NCBI GenBank assembly: GCA_049997815.1
Contig: JBEKVQ010000002.1
Location: forward strand, 74,483 to 138,482
Length of the DNA stretch: 64,000 nt
Source: Minisyncoccia bacterium
GTDB lineage: Bacteria > Patescibacteriota > Minisyncoccia > UBA6257 > GWB1-50-10
Direction: 5' to 3'
The notes beneath the pieces are model-generated. The model had not been told where the DNA came from. It made no database searches and saw only the letters and a program-made list of their open reading frames with translations. This document shows, piece after piece, positions 36,661 through 45,658 of this stretch (position 1 is its first letter; every line of letters starts with the position of its first letter). The translations under genes and the position numbers were made by a program.

Positions 36661-37621
36661 TTATTTCCGGCGGATTTTCAAGGTTTATCTCACCCCGGAT
36701 AAGGGGTACCTTTCTTTTTGGCATGAACATCCGGCGGTAAGCGAAAACATTGATTCCGAAAATCCGGCGGGGCCGTATTACATGACCTTCCTAGACAAGG
36801 CGAAGTACGCGGGCCCGAGAGACGAGGACGGAGTCATTCTCTTCGATTATTACTTTGACATCGGCCGCCAATATAATCCGCTGGCCGTCGCGCAGTACGG
36901 CCTCGGCCACTATAATCTTTATTTGGATAATGGGGCTCCCGAGCATCTGGGAGTAGCGATAACTCAGGCGGACTGGCTCGTGAAGAATCTGGAAGAAAAC
37001 AATGAGGGGTTGCCGGTCTGGAGACACAAATTTCCCTGGCACTATAAACAAGGCCTGGCGGCGGGCTGGTATTCCGCCCACTCTCAAGGGACGGGCATCT
37101 CGCTTTTGGGAAGAATGTATAAAACTACAGGTGATGAGAAATATCTCCGCGCCGCCCGCGAAGCGTTCCGCTCGATGAATATCGCCATTGCAAACGGCGG
37201 AGTGAAATTTACGGATGGGGAGGGGAATATCTGGCTTGAAGAATATATCATCGACCCGCCGACGCACATCTTAAACGGTTTCCTTTGGGCGTTGTGGGGT
37301 GTTTGGGATTACTGGCTTCTCACGAAAGACGAGGCGGCCTTCGAATTATGGAACGGTTGTATCGCAACCCTCAAAAAGAATCTGCCGCGTTACGATGCCG
37401 GCTTCTGGTCGCTCTACGACCTTTCCCGGCAGGCGCTTAAAATGATTGCGAGTCCCTTTTACCATTCACTTCATATTGTCCAGCTCGAGGCGACTTACCG
37501 GATGAGCCAGGAAGAAACATTTCGGAGTTATTCCGAAAAGTTCGCCGGCTATGCGAGTAATCACCTCTATCGGATCATGGCTCTTTTCTACAAAGCGGTT
37601 TTTAAGATATTCTATTTCTAA
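36647..37621 (+). CDS. D-glucuronyl C5-epimerase-like (alpha/alpha barrel) family protein
   Basis: GWYSAHSQGTGISLLGRMY resembles the GLCE C-terminal-domain motif; start taken at ATG 36647 (14-nt overlap) rather than 36581. Confidence 0.55.
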   Translation: MQGFNYFRRIFKVYLTPDKGYLSFWHEHPAVSENIDSENPAGPYYMTFLDKAKYAGPRDEDGVILFDYYFDIGRQYNPLAVAQYGLGHYNLYLDNGAPEHLGVAITQADWLVKNLEENNEGLPVWRHKFPWHYKQGLAAGWYSAHSQGTGISLLGRMYKTTGDEKYLRAAREAFRSMNIAIANGGVKFTDGEGNIWLEEYIIDPPTHILNGFLWALWGVWDYWLLTKDEAAFELWNGCIATLKKNLPRYDAGFWSLYDLSRQALKMIASPFYHSLHIVQLEATYRMSQEETFRSYSEKFAGYASNHLYRIMALFYKAVFKIFYF

Positions 37622-37625
37622 TAAG

Positions 37626-38864
37626 ATGCGCATTTTGATTTTCGAACAGCGTTATACGAATCCCCGGGAGGCCGGTATCGGGCGGTTTTTTTATTTTGGC
37701 GACGCCTGGTCCCGAATGGGGAATGAAGTAACGGTCATTGCCGGCATGGTGAGTTATGTCGCCGGAAAGGCGCACGGGCGCCTCAAATGGAGATTGTTTG
37801 CGGAAGAGAACGAGAATGACCGTTTTCGGGTGATCCGGGTGAATGATTCCACCATCGGCTACCGCTCTTTCGTCGGCCGGCTCTGGTCCTATTTTTCCTA
37901 TTTCTTTCTGGCATTTTTTGCCGGGTTATCTTCCTTGAAGCCCGATGTGATTTTGGCTTCCTCGCCCCCGATATTCATCGGCCTTCTCGGTTACCTGGTC
38001 GCGCTTACTAAGGGAGTGCCGTTCGTCTTTGAGATTCGGGATATTTGGCCCGACGAGGCAGTAGAACTCGGATTTTTGAAAAATAAACTGCTTATCAATC
38101 TGAGCCGGGGCCTGGAAATGTTTCTCTACCGGCATTCCTCCCATATTGTCGTAAATTCGCCCGGCATCGGGGACTATCTGGTGGATAAGAAAGCCGTGCC
38201 CGGCGCAAGGATTTCTTCCGTGCTTAATCCGGTTGATATCGGACTTTTCCGGAACCTGGACGGAAGGAACGGGACCCGCAAGAAACTGGGCTGGGAAGAT
38301 AAAACGGTTTTTATCTACGGTGGGGCCTTGAGCGCCGTTTACGACTTCGATCTTCTTCTGGATGCGGCGAAAGAAATGAACGACCCGACGGTTCTCTTCG
38401 CGATTGTAGGCGATGGGCGCCAGCGGGCGAAGATGAAAGAAAGAGCGGAGCGGGAGAAGATAAAAAACGTTTTTTTCATGGATGCCGTACCGAAAGCGGA
38501 GCTGCCGGCGCTGATCCAGGCATCGGATATCGGAGTCGCCGTCTTGAAAGACATGGGACTTTTGAAATATATCTACGCCACCAAGCTTTTTGATTATATG
38601 GCGGGCGGTTTGCCGATAGTGCTTGCGATGGACGGCGTGAGCCGCGCGCTCGTCTCGGAAGAGGCGAAGAGCGGGCTCACCGTTCCGCCGGGCGATAAAG
38701 AATCCTTGAAGGAAGCGCTTAAGAAATTGGCCGGCAATAAAAAGCTGCGCGATAATTTCGGGCGAGCCGGGAAGGATTTTGCGGCGAAAAATCTCGACCC
38801 CCAAAAGCTGGCCGAGGACTATCTTGAGGTTTTAAGAAAACCAGCGGTCGTACCAGAGCGATAA
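37626..38864 (+). CDS. Glycosyltransferase family 4, WcaI/WbuB-like
   Basis: MRILIFEQRYTNPREAGIGRFFYFGDAWSRMGNEVTVI; start 5 nt after upstream stop. Confidence 0.75.
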   Translation: MRILIFEQRYTNPREAGIGRFFYFGDAWSRMGNEVTVIAGMVSYVAGKAHGRLKWRLFAEENENDRFRVIRVNDSTIGYRSFVGRLWSYFSYFFLAFFAGLSSLKPDVILASSPPIFIGLLGYLVALTKGVPFVFEIRDIWPDEAVELGFLKNKLLINLSRGLEMFLYRHSSHIVVNSPGIGDYLVDKKAVPGARISSVLNPVDIGLFRNLDGRNGTRKKLGWEDKTVFIYGGALSAVYDFDLLLDAAKEMNDPTVLFAIVGDGRQRAKMKERAEREKIKNVFFMDAVPKAELPALIQASDIGVAVLKDMGLLKYIYATKLFDYMAGGLPIVLAMDGVSRALVSEEAKSGLTVPPGDKESLKEALKKLAGNKKLRDNFGRAGKDFAAKNLDPQKLAEDYLEVLRKPAVVPER

Positions 38865-40757
38865 CGAAACCAGGTTCCAGAGACGGAAAATATGGCCGTT
38901 GTCTTCATGGCGGTCAGTGGCTACGAAGCTGTTTACGTAATCGTAGTCCAGAAGCCCCCTCTCTTTGAGTCCTGACCGGCCGATTCGGCCGAGGATCTCG
39001 CGGCCGATTGGGAAATCCATCCTTAGCCACTCGTTCATCGGCGTGGAGAAGCCCTGTTTCGGTCGCCGGATTATCTCCGCCGGTAAAGTTCCCTCCATCG
39101 CTTTCTTCAAAACGTATTTCGGCTCGTTATCCTTGAATTTGATGCTGGTGGGAATCGAGAGCGTAAGTTCGACGAGGCGGCGGTCGAGAAAAGGAACGCG
39201 GCCCTCGACCGAATGCGCCATCGTCATCCGGTCCGCCCGCGCGAGGAGTAATTCCGGTAAGCGGTGTTTAATCTCCAAATAGGTCATCTTTGTGAGAAAA
39301 TCGGCGCCGGGAGTCACAGAAGCCACATCCGCATAATGTTTTTTGACTGGTTCGTATCCTACGGAGAGAGGAACTCGGCTTTTAAACTGGGGTGTGAGCA
39401 TCCTTTCTTTCTGATGGTCGGAAAAGGCGACCGCGAGCCCCCAAAACGGTTCTTGTCCGGCCGAGAGCCGTCTCAGGTATTCTTTTTGGAAATCCAGTTT
39501 ATGGGACGGGGCCAAATTCGATAATCCGTAGATTCCTTTTCTCATCCATTCGGGTAATCTCCGGAGATGCCGCCACCAGCGTTCGTAAAGCTTATTGGCC
39601 AGAAGATAGGTGCTGTAGCCGGCGAAGATTTCGTCCGAGCCCTCGCCGATCTGGACGACAATGACGCCATTCTTGCGCGTGAGCTCGGAGAGATAATACA
39701 TCGGGAAGCAAATATAGTCGCCATTCAGGTCATCGGCATGGTATGGGTATTTTTCAAGGAATTTAAGGAGGTCGTTCTCGTCCACCGCCACCTCGTGGCT
39801 TTTGGCGCCGAGGAATTCGGCCATTTTCCGGGAGTAGGTGAATTCATTGTATTTTTCGTGATGGGAGCCGGCGGAGAATGTTTCCACCGGATGGCCGAGC
39901 GCCTCGGTCATTAAAGCGGCATTGGTCGAAGAATCGATGCCGCCCGAGAGGAAACAGCCGAAGGGAACGTCCGAAATCATCTGGCTCTTTATGGAATCCT
40001 TGAGGATATCCTTAACTTTCTCCAGGTAATCGCTTTCGGTAAGCGGATTTGCCCCATAGCGGAGCGATGATTCCGTGAGAGGATTCCAAAATTCCTTTAT
40101 TTCGATCTGCCCTTTCCGCACTGTGAGACAGTGGGCGGCCGGCAGCTTTTTTATATCCTCGAACATCGTAAGGGGAGCGGGTACCGAGGAATAGGTCAGG
40201 TATTGGGAGAAAGCCGTTTCATTCAGTTCTTTTCTGAAAGCCGGGTGAGCGAGGATGGCCTTAAGTTCGGAGCCGAAATAAAAGGTGCCGTTCTGGACCG
40301 CATAATAGAAAGGTTTTATACCCAAGTGGTCCCGGGCCGCAAAAAAGAGTTTTTTGTTCTCGTCCCAGATGACGAAGGCGAACATCCCATTCAATTTTTT
40401 CGCTATTTCTTCGCCCCATTCCTCATAGCCGTGGAGAATAACCTCCGTATCTCCGTGCGTCTTCATCTTGTGCCCCTTCTTTATCAGTTCTTCCCGGAGC
40501 GGTTTGAAGTTGTAGATTTCGCCGTTATAGGTTATCCAGACCGTACCGTCTTCGTTCCCCATCGGGCACGCCGCTTCCTTTGAGAGATCGATAATGGCCA
40601 AGCGTCTTTGGGATAGGCCGATTTTCTTGTCGGGCGAAACGTAGTTCGCGCCGCCGTCCGGCCCGCGATGGACGAGCGTATCGCGCATTCCGCTAAGTTC
40701 CCGATCGCTCACCGTTCCGGAATTATTGAATTTATAAACGCCGCTGATCCCGCACAT
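38832..40757 (-). CDS. Asparagine synthase (glutamine-hydrolysing) family amidotransferase (AsnB/WbpS-like)
   Basis: MCGISGVY (N-terminal Cys nucleophile), SGGIDSS PP-loop. Confidence 0.85.
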   Translation of the reverse strand: MCGISGVYKFNNSGTVSDRELSGMRDTLVHRGPDGGANYVSPDKKIGLSQRRLAIIDLSKEAACPMGNEDGTVWITYNGEIYNFKPLREELIKKGHKMKTHGDTEVILHGYEEWGEEIAKKLNGMFAFVIWDENKKLFFAARDHLGIKPFYYAVQNGTFYFGSELKAILAHPAFRKELNETAFSQYLTYSSVPAPLTMFEDIKKLPAAHCLTVRKGQIEIKEFWNPLTESSLRYGANPLTESDYLEKVKDILKDSIKSQMISDVPFGCFLSGGIDSSTNAALMTEALGHPVETFSAGSHHEKYNEFTYSRKMAEFLGAKSHEVAVDENDLLKFLEKYPYHADDLNGDYICFPMYYLSELTRKNGVIVVQIGEGSDEIFAGYSTYLLANKLYERWWRHLRRLPEWMRKGIYGLSNLAPSHKLDFQKEYLRRLSAGQEPFWGLAVAFSDHQKERMLTPQFKSRVPLSVGYEPVKKHYADVASVTPGADFLTKMTYLEIKHRLPELLLARADRMTMAHSVEGRVPFLDRRLVELTLSIPTSIKFKDNEPKYVLKKAMEGTLPAEIIRRPKQGFSTPMNEWLRMDFPIGREILGRIGRSGLKERGLLDYDYVNSFVATDRHEDNGHIFRLWNLVSLSLWYDRWFS

Positions 40758-40760
40758 GGT

Positions 40761-42086
40761 TTAGAAATGAGAAACGAAGACGTATTTTACGGTCTTGAAG
40801 ATAATAATGAAATCGAGGAAGATCGAACGATTCTTCACGTAATAGATGTCGTAGCACAGTTTTTCGTAGGCTTCTTCCAAAGAGGCACTGGGTTTGTAGT
40901 TTATCTGCGCCCAGCCGGAGAGCCCCGGTTTGATGATGTGGCGGATTTCGTAATAGGGGAATTTACTGAAAGTTTCCGCCAGTTCCACCCGCTCGGGCCT
41001 GGGGCCGGTGAACGAGATATCGCCCTTCGCGATATTCCAGAGCTGGGGGATCTCGTCAAAATGGGTGAACCGGAGAGCTCTACCAAAGGCCGTTATCCTT
41101 GGGTCTTTCTCTTCAGTCCATGCCGGCGTACCGTCCTTACCGCCTCTCCATGTATTCATGGTGCGAAATTTGAAAAGATTAAAGGTTCGGTTATTTTTTC
41201 CCATTCGTTCTTGCTTGAAGATGGCCGGTCCCCTCGAGGTGACTTTTATGAGGAATGCGAAAACCAGACCGAAAGGCAGGAAAATGATTCCCAATATAAT
41301 GGAGAGCACGACGTCCGTTAGCCGCTTGAAAGCATCGTAAAACGGCCGGTGGGTTGAGATTTTCTCTATGAACCAATTTTCTTCGAGGTCTTTCAACGGC
41401 ACTTTCTCGAAAAGAATTTCGTAAAAGTCCCAGGCATTCACCAAGTTCACTTCAGTGGGGAGAAGCTGAAACACGGTTCTGAGGGTAGAAAAATCCTTGG
41501 CAATGTTGGGTTGGATGATGACTGTGTTTATTTTCTTGTCTTTTATCATCTTAGCCAAAGATGCAACGTCATTCTCCTTCAGGCTCCCGATTTTTTCGGC
41601 GATTTGGTATCCGGCGTGGGGATTCTTCTGGATGTACGACTCGATGTCGTTTAAGAGGGGAGCATCGCCGAGGATCATTATTTTGGTGGCGCCGGCGGTG
41701 AAAATATTCAGTACTAGTATTCTCCAGGCCCAGTTCACCAGGAGGAAGACGGCGCAAAGAATGAGAAGGTTGATTTTTGGCGTCAGTTCGAAAAGCTGCC
41801 CAAAGAGATAGAAGGCGGTAATGGAGACAATGCCGCTTAATACAACCGCTCCCGCAGTGCGTTTAAAGATAATGAACTTGTTTTGGAGTTCGCTGTATTG
41901 GTAGAAATTGGAGAGATAGAAAATTATCACCCAGGCGATGAAAATCAGGGAAAAAGGATAGAGATGACTTCGGAAATAGAAATTGAACTCTCCCACGGGA
42001 TAACGGATTAAGAGGGTTACCGCCAGGGAAAGGTATAGGGCGACGATATCGCCCAAAAGGAGAATAAACTTTTTCAGGCCTTTCAT
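40761..42086 (-). CDS. Polyprenyl-phosphate sugar-1-phosphate transferase (WbaP/EpsL-like bacterial sugar transferase), initiating enzyme
   Basis: N-terminal TM bundle + C-terminal KRLTDVVLSIILGIIFLPFGLVFAFLIKVTSRGPAIFKQERMGKNNRTFNLFKFRTM. Confidence 0.85.
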   Translation of the reverse strand: MKGLKKFILLLGDIVALYLSLAVTLLIRYPVGEFNFYFRSHLYPFSLIFIAWVIIFYLSNFYQYSELQNKFIIFKRTAGAVVLSGIVSITAFYLFGQLFELTPKINLLILCAVFLLVNWAWRILVLNIFTAGATKIMILGDAPLLNDIESYIQKNPHAGYQIAEKIGSLKENDVASLAKMIKDKKINTVIIQPNIAKDFSTLRTVFQLLPTEVNLVNAWDFYEILFEKVPLKDLEENWFIEKISTHRPFYDAFKRLTDVVLSIILGIIFLPFGLVFAFLIKVTSRGPAIFKQERMGKNNRTFNLFKFRTMNTWRGGKDGTPAWTEEKDPRITAFGRALRFTHFDEIPQLWNIAKGDISFTGPRPERVELAETFSKFPYYEIRHIIKPGLSGWAQINYKPSASLEEAYEKLCYDIYYVKNRSIFLDFIIIFKTVKYVFVSHF

Positions 42087-42367
42087 CCCGTTAGAGGCAG
42101 GAAGCGCTTTAGTCTGTTTTTCAGATAACGCTTACCCATACCTGATTTTAGGTATCTTTCTCTCGACCTAGCATCCGCCTTGTTTTTTGAGGCTTCATAG
42201 TAAATAAGTTCAAATGGACCTCGGTTCTTGGTCCACCCAGTTACGTTGCTATTATGTTCCTTAAAGCGCTTCCGTAAATCAGGGGTAAATCCTGTATACC
42301 AGATACCATCCTTTTTACTTCGTATAACATAGACATAATAGAATTGGTTGCCTCTAACGGGATTCAT
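42083..42367 (-). CDS. GIY-YIG nuclease family protein (YhbQ/COG2827-like), intact
   Basis: YYVYVIRSKKDGIWYTGFTPDLRKRFKEHN; stop overlaps PGT start (ATGA). Confidence 0.8.
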   Translation of the reverse strand: MNPVRGNQFYYVYVIRSKKDGIWYTGFTPDLRKRFKEHNSNVTGWTKNRGPFELIYYEASKNKADARSRERYLKSGMGKRYLKNRLKRFLPLTG

Positions 42368-42407
42368 TCAGTTAGATTATGCTAGTACGCTTTGGGGTTT
42401 GCAAGGT

Positions 42408-43880
42408 TTAACCTAATATCGATCTCCGAACGCCAAGGTGCCCGAGGATGGGTTCTTTGGTCGCATAAAGTACGCCGGCGAAGATGAGTCCGGACACTAA
42501 CACGTTTAGTACGATGTTCAGTCCCAAAAGAAGGAGAGAAAAAGTGGCTGCTCCCATGAGTACGGTAGCCAGAATCGTTCTTGAAAGGTGGGGCCATATG
42601 GAAAATGGCTGAATTTTCTTCAGATAAGTCCAGTTGATTATATTCACCAATATTTGCGCGATAATGGTGGCGACGGCCGAACCGGCGATGCCGTAGATCG
42701 GAATGAAGATCAGGTCCAATCCAGTGTTGGCGAGTGCCCCAACGCTGGTTGAGAGGATGAATATCTTCTGTTTGTCGTAGGCGAATATGAGATTGCCGAT
42801 GACCGTGCCGGGGAAGACGAGAAGGGTGGTAATAAGAAGGAGCTGGAATGTCAGCGTGGCATCCAAGTACTCCGGCCCGAATATCAGGCCGACGAGCGGC
42901 TGGCCGGCGATGATGCCGCCGATCGTAATGGGCAGAGCAACCGCGATCACGGCCGTTATGGAGGTCTCTATCACCTTCTTCGCCGCTTCGTGCCGGTTCT
43001 CGTGGACGAGTCTGCTGAAAATTGGGAAGACGCTCGCCGCGAATAAACTTGGGAAGAGGTAAAGAAGCTGCACCGGCCTTTGGGCCGCCGCGTAGAGGCC
43101 AATCTCTCCAGCGCTCCGGAAGATTCCGATTATGACCGTGTCTATGTTTATCATGAACCCTCCGAGGAGCCCGATTATGGCAAACGGCCAGGCCTTGGTA
43201 ATGATCGGTTTCACGAGTTTCCTGTCGAAGTTGGTTAGGATTCCCTTGAACTGTTTTCTTAGGATGAAGAAGACCAGACAGAACCCAATGATGGTTCCGG
43301 CTGTGTAGGCCTCGGCCAACTCTTTGGGATGGGGAGCTACGAGCAGGGATATTATGCCCAGGGCAGTAATGAAGACGTCGGTCGCGATGCCCAACCCCGC
43401 TTCCCACTCCATCTTGTTTCGGGCTCTTGTAATCGAAAAGCCGAAGGTGCGAAGGTTATCGAAGATGAGGAGCAAGACAACGAAGGGAAGGAGAGGTCCT
43501 ATGTCGACCGCCCTGGAGACGAGGGGATAGATGGCGATCATCAGGATGGTCGCTAAGGCCGTGAAGACGAGTTTCAGGAAAAAGGTGGTGGAGAGATATG
43601 CCGAGACCTTGTCCGGATTCTTGATAGTTTCGCGGGTAAGCAAGGGAGAAAGGCCAATATCGGTGAGTATTCCGAAAAAGGCGGCCAAACTAAGGGCGTA
43701 GGAAACGATGCCGTAGCCCTCAGTTCCCAGAACGCGGGCGGCATAGATGATAAGGACCGCCCGGATGAGGCGGCTAACCGTAGTGCCGGCCGTGAGCCAA
43801 AACGTGTTCTTCAGTACCGTCTGTTTGAGCGAAGTGTTCTCGAAGAGGAGGGACTTGATTTTCCCCAGATTGACTTTCAT
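42408..43880 (-). CDS. Wzx-like oligosaccharide flippase, second paralogue
   Basis: Start set at MKVNLGKIKSLLFENTSLKQTVLKN by alignment with 26602 paralogue (ORF extends to 44066). Confidence 0.7.
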   Translation of the reverse strand: MKVNLGKIKSLLFENTSLKQTVLKNTFWLTAGTTVSRLIRAVLIIYAARVLGTEGYGIVSYALSLAAFFGILTDIGLSPLLTRETIKNPDKVSAYLSTTFFLKLVFTALATILMIAIYPLVSRAVDIGPLLPFVVLLLIFDNLRTFGFSITRARNKMEWEAGLGIATDVFITALGIISLLVAPHPKELAEAYTAGTIIGFCLVFFILRKQFKGILTNFDRKLVKPIITKAWPFAIIGLLGGFMINIDTVIIGIFRSAGEIGLYAAAQRPVQLLYLFPSLFAASVFPIFSRLVHENRHEAAKKVIETSITAVIAVALPITIGGIIAGQPLVGLIFGPEYLDATLTFQLLLITTLLVFPGTVIGNLIFAYDKQKIFILSTSVGALANTGLDLIFIPIYGIAGSAVATIIAQILVNIINWTYLKKIQPFSIWPHLSRTILATVLMGAATFSLLLLGLNIVLNVLVSGLIFAGVLYATKEPILGHLGVRRSILG

Positions 43881-43898
43881 TTTGGTTACGGTTAAAAT
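43870..43898 (+). promoter_or_regulatory. Promoter TTGACT-17-TAAAAT for DsbA-like gene, overlapping the divergent flippase start
   Basis: ttgact 43870-75; taaaat 43893-98. Confidence 0.45.
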
Positions 43899-43913
43899 TC
43901 TATCACAAATATT

Positions 43914-44630
43914 ATGGAACCTGAAAAACAAAAACGCGATTATCTTTTGCCGGCCAGCATCCTGATCGCCGGTCTTATGGTGACAGTAGCCCTGGTTTAC
44001 AATGCCGGGAAGAAGACCGAGAATCAGGCGGCAAACCTGGCCGACTCTGCTGCGGCGAGCGCCCAACTTCCATCGCCCGCCAACATGAAACCAATTTCAG
44101 AGGCCGATCACATCTTGGGTGATCCTAACGCGCCGTTGAAGATAGTTGAGTTCTCCGACTTGGAATGCCCGTTCTGCAAGGTATTTCATGCCACATTGCA
44201 CCAAGTGATGCAAACTTATGCCGGTAAGATAGCTTGGATTTATCGCCAGTTCCCGATCCCGCAGCTCCATCCGAAGGCACCGCACGAGGCCCAGGCGGCC
44301 GAGTGCGCGGCGAAGCTGGGCGGGAACGACAAGTTCTGGGCTTTTATAGATAACGTTTTTGAGATTACGCCGTCCAATAACGGTTTGGATCCGGCGGAGC
44401 TTCCAAAGATTGCCAGCAATATCGGTTTGGATGTGGCTCAGTTCAATTCCTGCCTCGCAAGCACCTATGGTCAGGATAAGATTCAGAATGACACGGCGGA
44501 TGCGGGAAATTCCGGCGCGCAGGGTACCCCCTACGCTGTTGTGGTCAACAGTTCCGGAAAGAAGTTCGTGATTAACGGGGCCTTGCCTTTTGACCAGGTT
44601 AGTGCTATCATCAACACGGCTTTAAAATAA
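43914..44630 (+). CDS. DsbA-family thiol:disulfide oxidoreductase (thioredoxin fold), membrane-anchored
   Basis: ECPFCKVFH CxxC motif; N-terminal TM segment. Confidence 0.8.
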   Translation: MEPEKQKRDYLLPASILIAGLMVTVALVYNAGKKTENQAANLADSAAASAQLPSPANMKPISEADHILGDPNAPLKIVEFSDLECPFCKVFHATLHQVMQTYAGKIAWIYRQFPIPQLHPKAPHEAQAAECAAKLGGNDKFWAFIDNVFEITPSNNGLDPAELPKIASNIGLDVAQFNSCLASTYGQDKIQNDTADAGNSGAQGTPYAVVVNSSGKKFVINGALPFDQVSAIINTALK

Positions 44631-44740
44631 AACTCTCGGATTTCCGGGAAAGAAGCCAAACGAGCTAGTGAGCGTCAAAGTGTTTTTAAACCATTTTGCT
44701 GAATTCTTAGCCCGAAAAAGGTCGTTAAGTTTTCAGTACA

Positions 44741-44923
44741 ATGGATTTCGATAATAATCGCGGTGGTCAGGGTTTCCAGAGGCAGATGTACAAGGGTAAT
44801 TGGCAGTGCGCCAAGTGTGGCGCTCCGATAACGGAACTGCCCTTCCAACCCGACGAGAATCGCCTGGACAAGCTCTTGTGCCGCAATTGCCATCTCGAGA
44901 GAGTTCGCTCTTTCAGGAGATAG
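44741..44923 (+). CDS. Small zinc-ribbon protein (CxxC-x20-CxxC)
   Basis: WQCAKCGAPITELPFQPDENRLDKLLCRNC; followed by terminator. Confidence 0.5.
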   Translation: MDFDNNRGGQGFQRQMYKGNWQCAKCGAPITELPFQPDENRLDKLLCRNCHLERVRSFRR

Positions 44924-44931
44924 CAGTAAAG

Positions 44932-44960
44932 GCCCCGCTTCTATAAGCGGGGCTTTTGGT
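44932..44960 (+). terminator. Rho-independent terminator
   Basis: gccccgctt-ctata-agcggggc + ttttgg. Confidence 0.75.
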
Positions 44961-44965
44961 ATAAT
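44957..44965 (+). promoter_or_regulatory. Extended -10 promoter TGgTATAAT, near-leaderless for 44972 ORF
   Basis: tg g tataat; ATG 6 nt downstream. Confidence 0.45.
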
Positions 44966-44971
44966 AAGAGC

Positions 44972-45136
44972 ATGAAATGGAACTACTGGACCCTGCTGGT
45001 TATAGGCCTTTGGCTCGTTATCTCGCCGTGGATTCTGGGGTTTTCGTCTTTCAATCTGCCCGCTTGGAACAGCATCCTGATGGGAGTGCTCGTCATCATC
45101 TTCTCTATCTGGAGTTTTTCCGGGCCGCAGCAATAA
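44972..45136 (+). CDS. SPW-repeat small membrane protein (54 aa), not in the supplied ORF track
   Basis: MKWNYWTLLVIGLWLVISPWILGFSSFNLPAWNSILMGVLVIIFSIWSFSGPQQ, two TM helices with SPW motif. Confidence 0.5.
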   Translation: MKWNYWTLLVIGLWLVISPWILGFSSFNLPAWNSILMGVLVIIFSIWSFSGPQQ

Positions 45137-45184
45137 CTTGGATTTCAAGCGGCTATCTCGGTGGGAGATCCAAAATTTGCAATC

Positions 45185-45418
45185 ATGTCTATCATAGTTT
45201 ATACCACTCCTTCCTGCGTCTACTGCAAAATGCTCAAGAAGTATTTTGCTGATAACAAGGTTCGTTACGAGGAGAAAGATGTTGCGAGCAATCTTGAAGC
45301 GCGCGAGGAGATGATGCATAAATCACATCAAATGGGAGTACCGGTCGTAGATATTGACGGCGAGATTTTCGTCGGCTTCAACCGCTCGGAAATAGCGAGC
45401 CGGCTTGGCATAAAATGA
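45185..45418 (+). CDS. Glutaredoxin-like protein (NrdH/YruB-like, CxxC)
   Basis: IIVYTTPSCVYCKMLKKYF; ORF extends to GTG at 45161. Confidence 0.7.
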   Translation: MSIIVYTTPSCVYCKMLKKYFADNKVRYEEKDVASNLEAREEMMHKSHQMGVPVVDIDGEIFVGFNRSEIASRLGIK

Positions 45419-45473
45419 ACATCTTCCACGGAATCAGGCCCAAAGGCCGTTAATAATCGTTCGCAAGTCCGCC

Positions 45474-45605
45474 ATGTATAAATGCCCAAATTGCGGTTTT
45501 GTGTCCGAGGAGCCGGGGGAATGCCCGATGTGCCACACCCAGATGATCGAAGAGGAAGAAGAGGAAAACGGAAACGGTTCCGGTGGGGAGAAAATCGAGG
45601 AGTAA
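45474..45605 (+). CDS. Zinc-ribbon miniprotein (43 aa) with acidic tail, not in supplied ORF track
   Basis: MYKCPNCGFVSEEPGECPMCHTQMIEEEEEENGNGSGGEKIEE. Confidence 0.45.
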   Translation: MYKCPNCGFVSEEPGECPMCHTQMIEEEEEENGNGSGGEKIEE

Positions 45606-45658
45606 TTTCCCGCTCTCGTTATTTGCCTCAGGAGCGCCGCTAATTTAGAATGTAGGAC

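Noticed and set aside
43881-44066. N-terminal 62-codon extension of the second flippase ORF
   Set aside because: The paralogue alignment with 26602-28071 starts at MKVNLGKIK. The extension is Arg/Gly-rich and would run through the divergent dsbA-like promoter.
44977-45252. 91-aa + strand ORF from the supplied track
   Set aside because: It is out of frame with the better-supported SPW-repeat ORF (44972-45136) and the glutaredoxin gene. It has no motifs and overlaps both.
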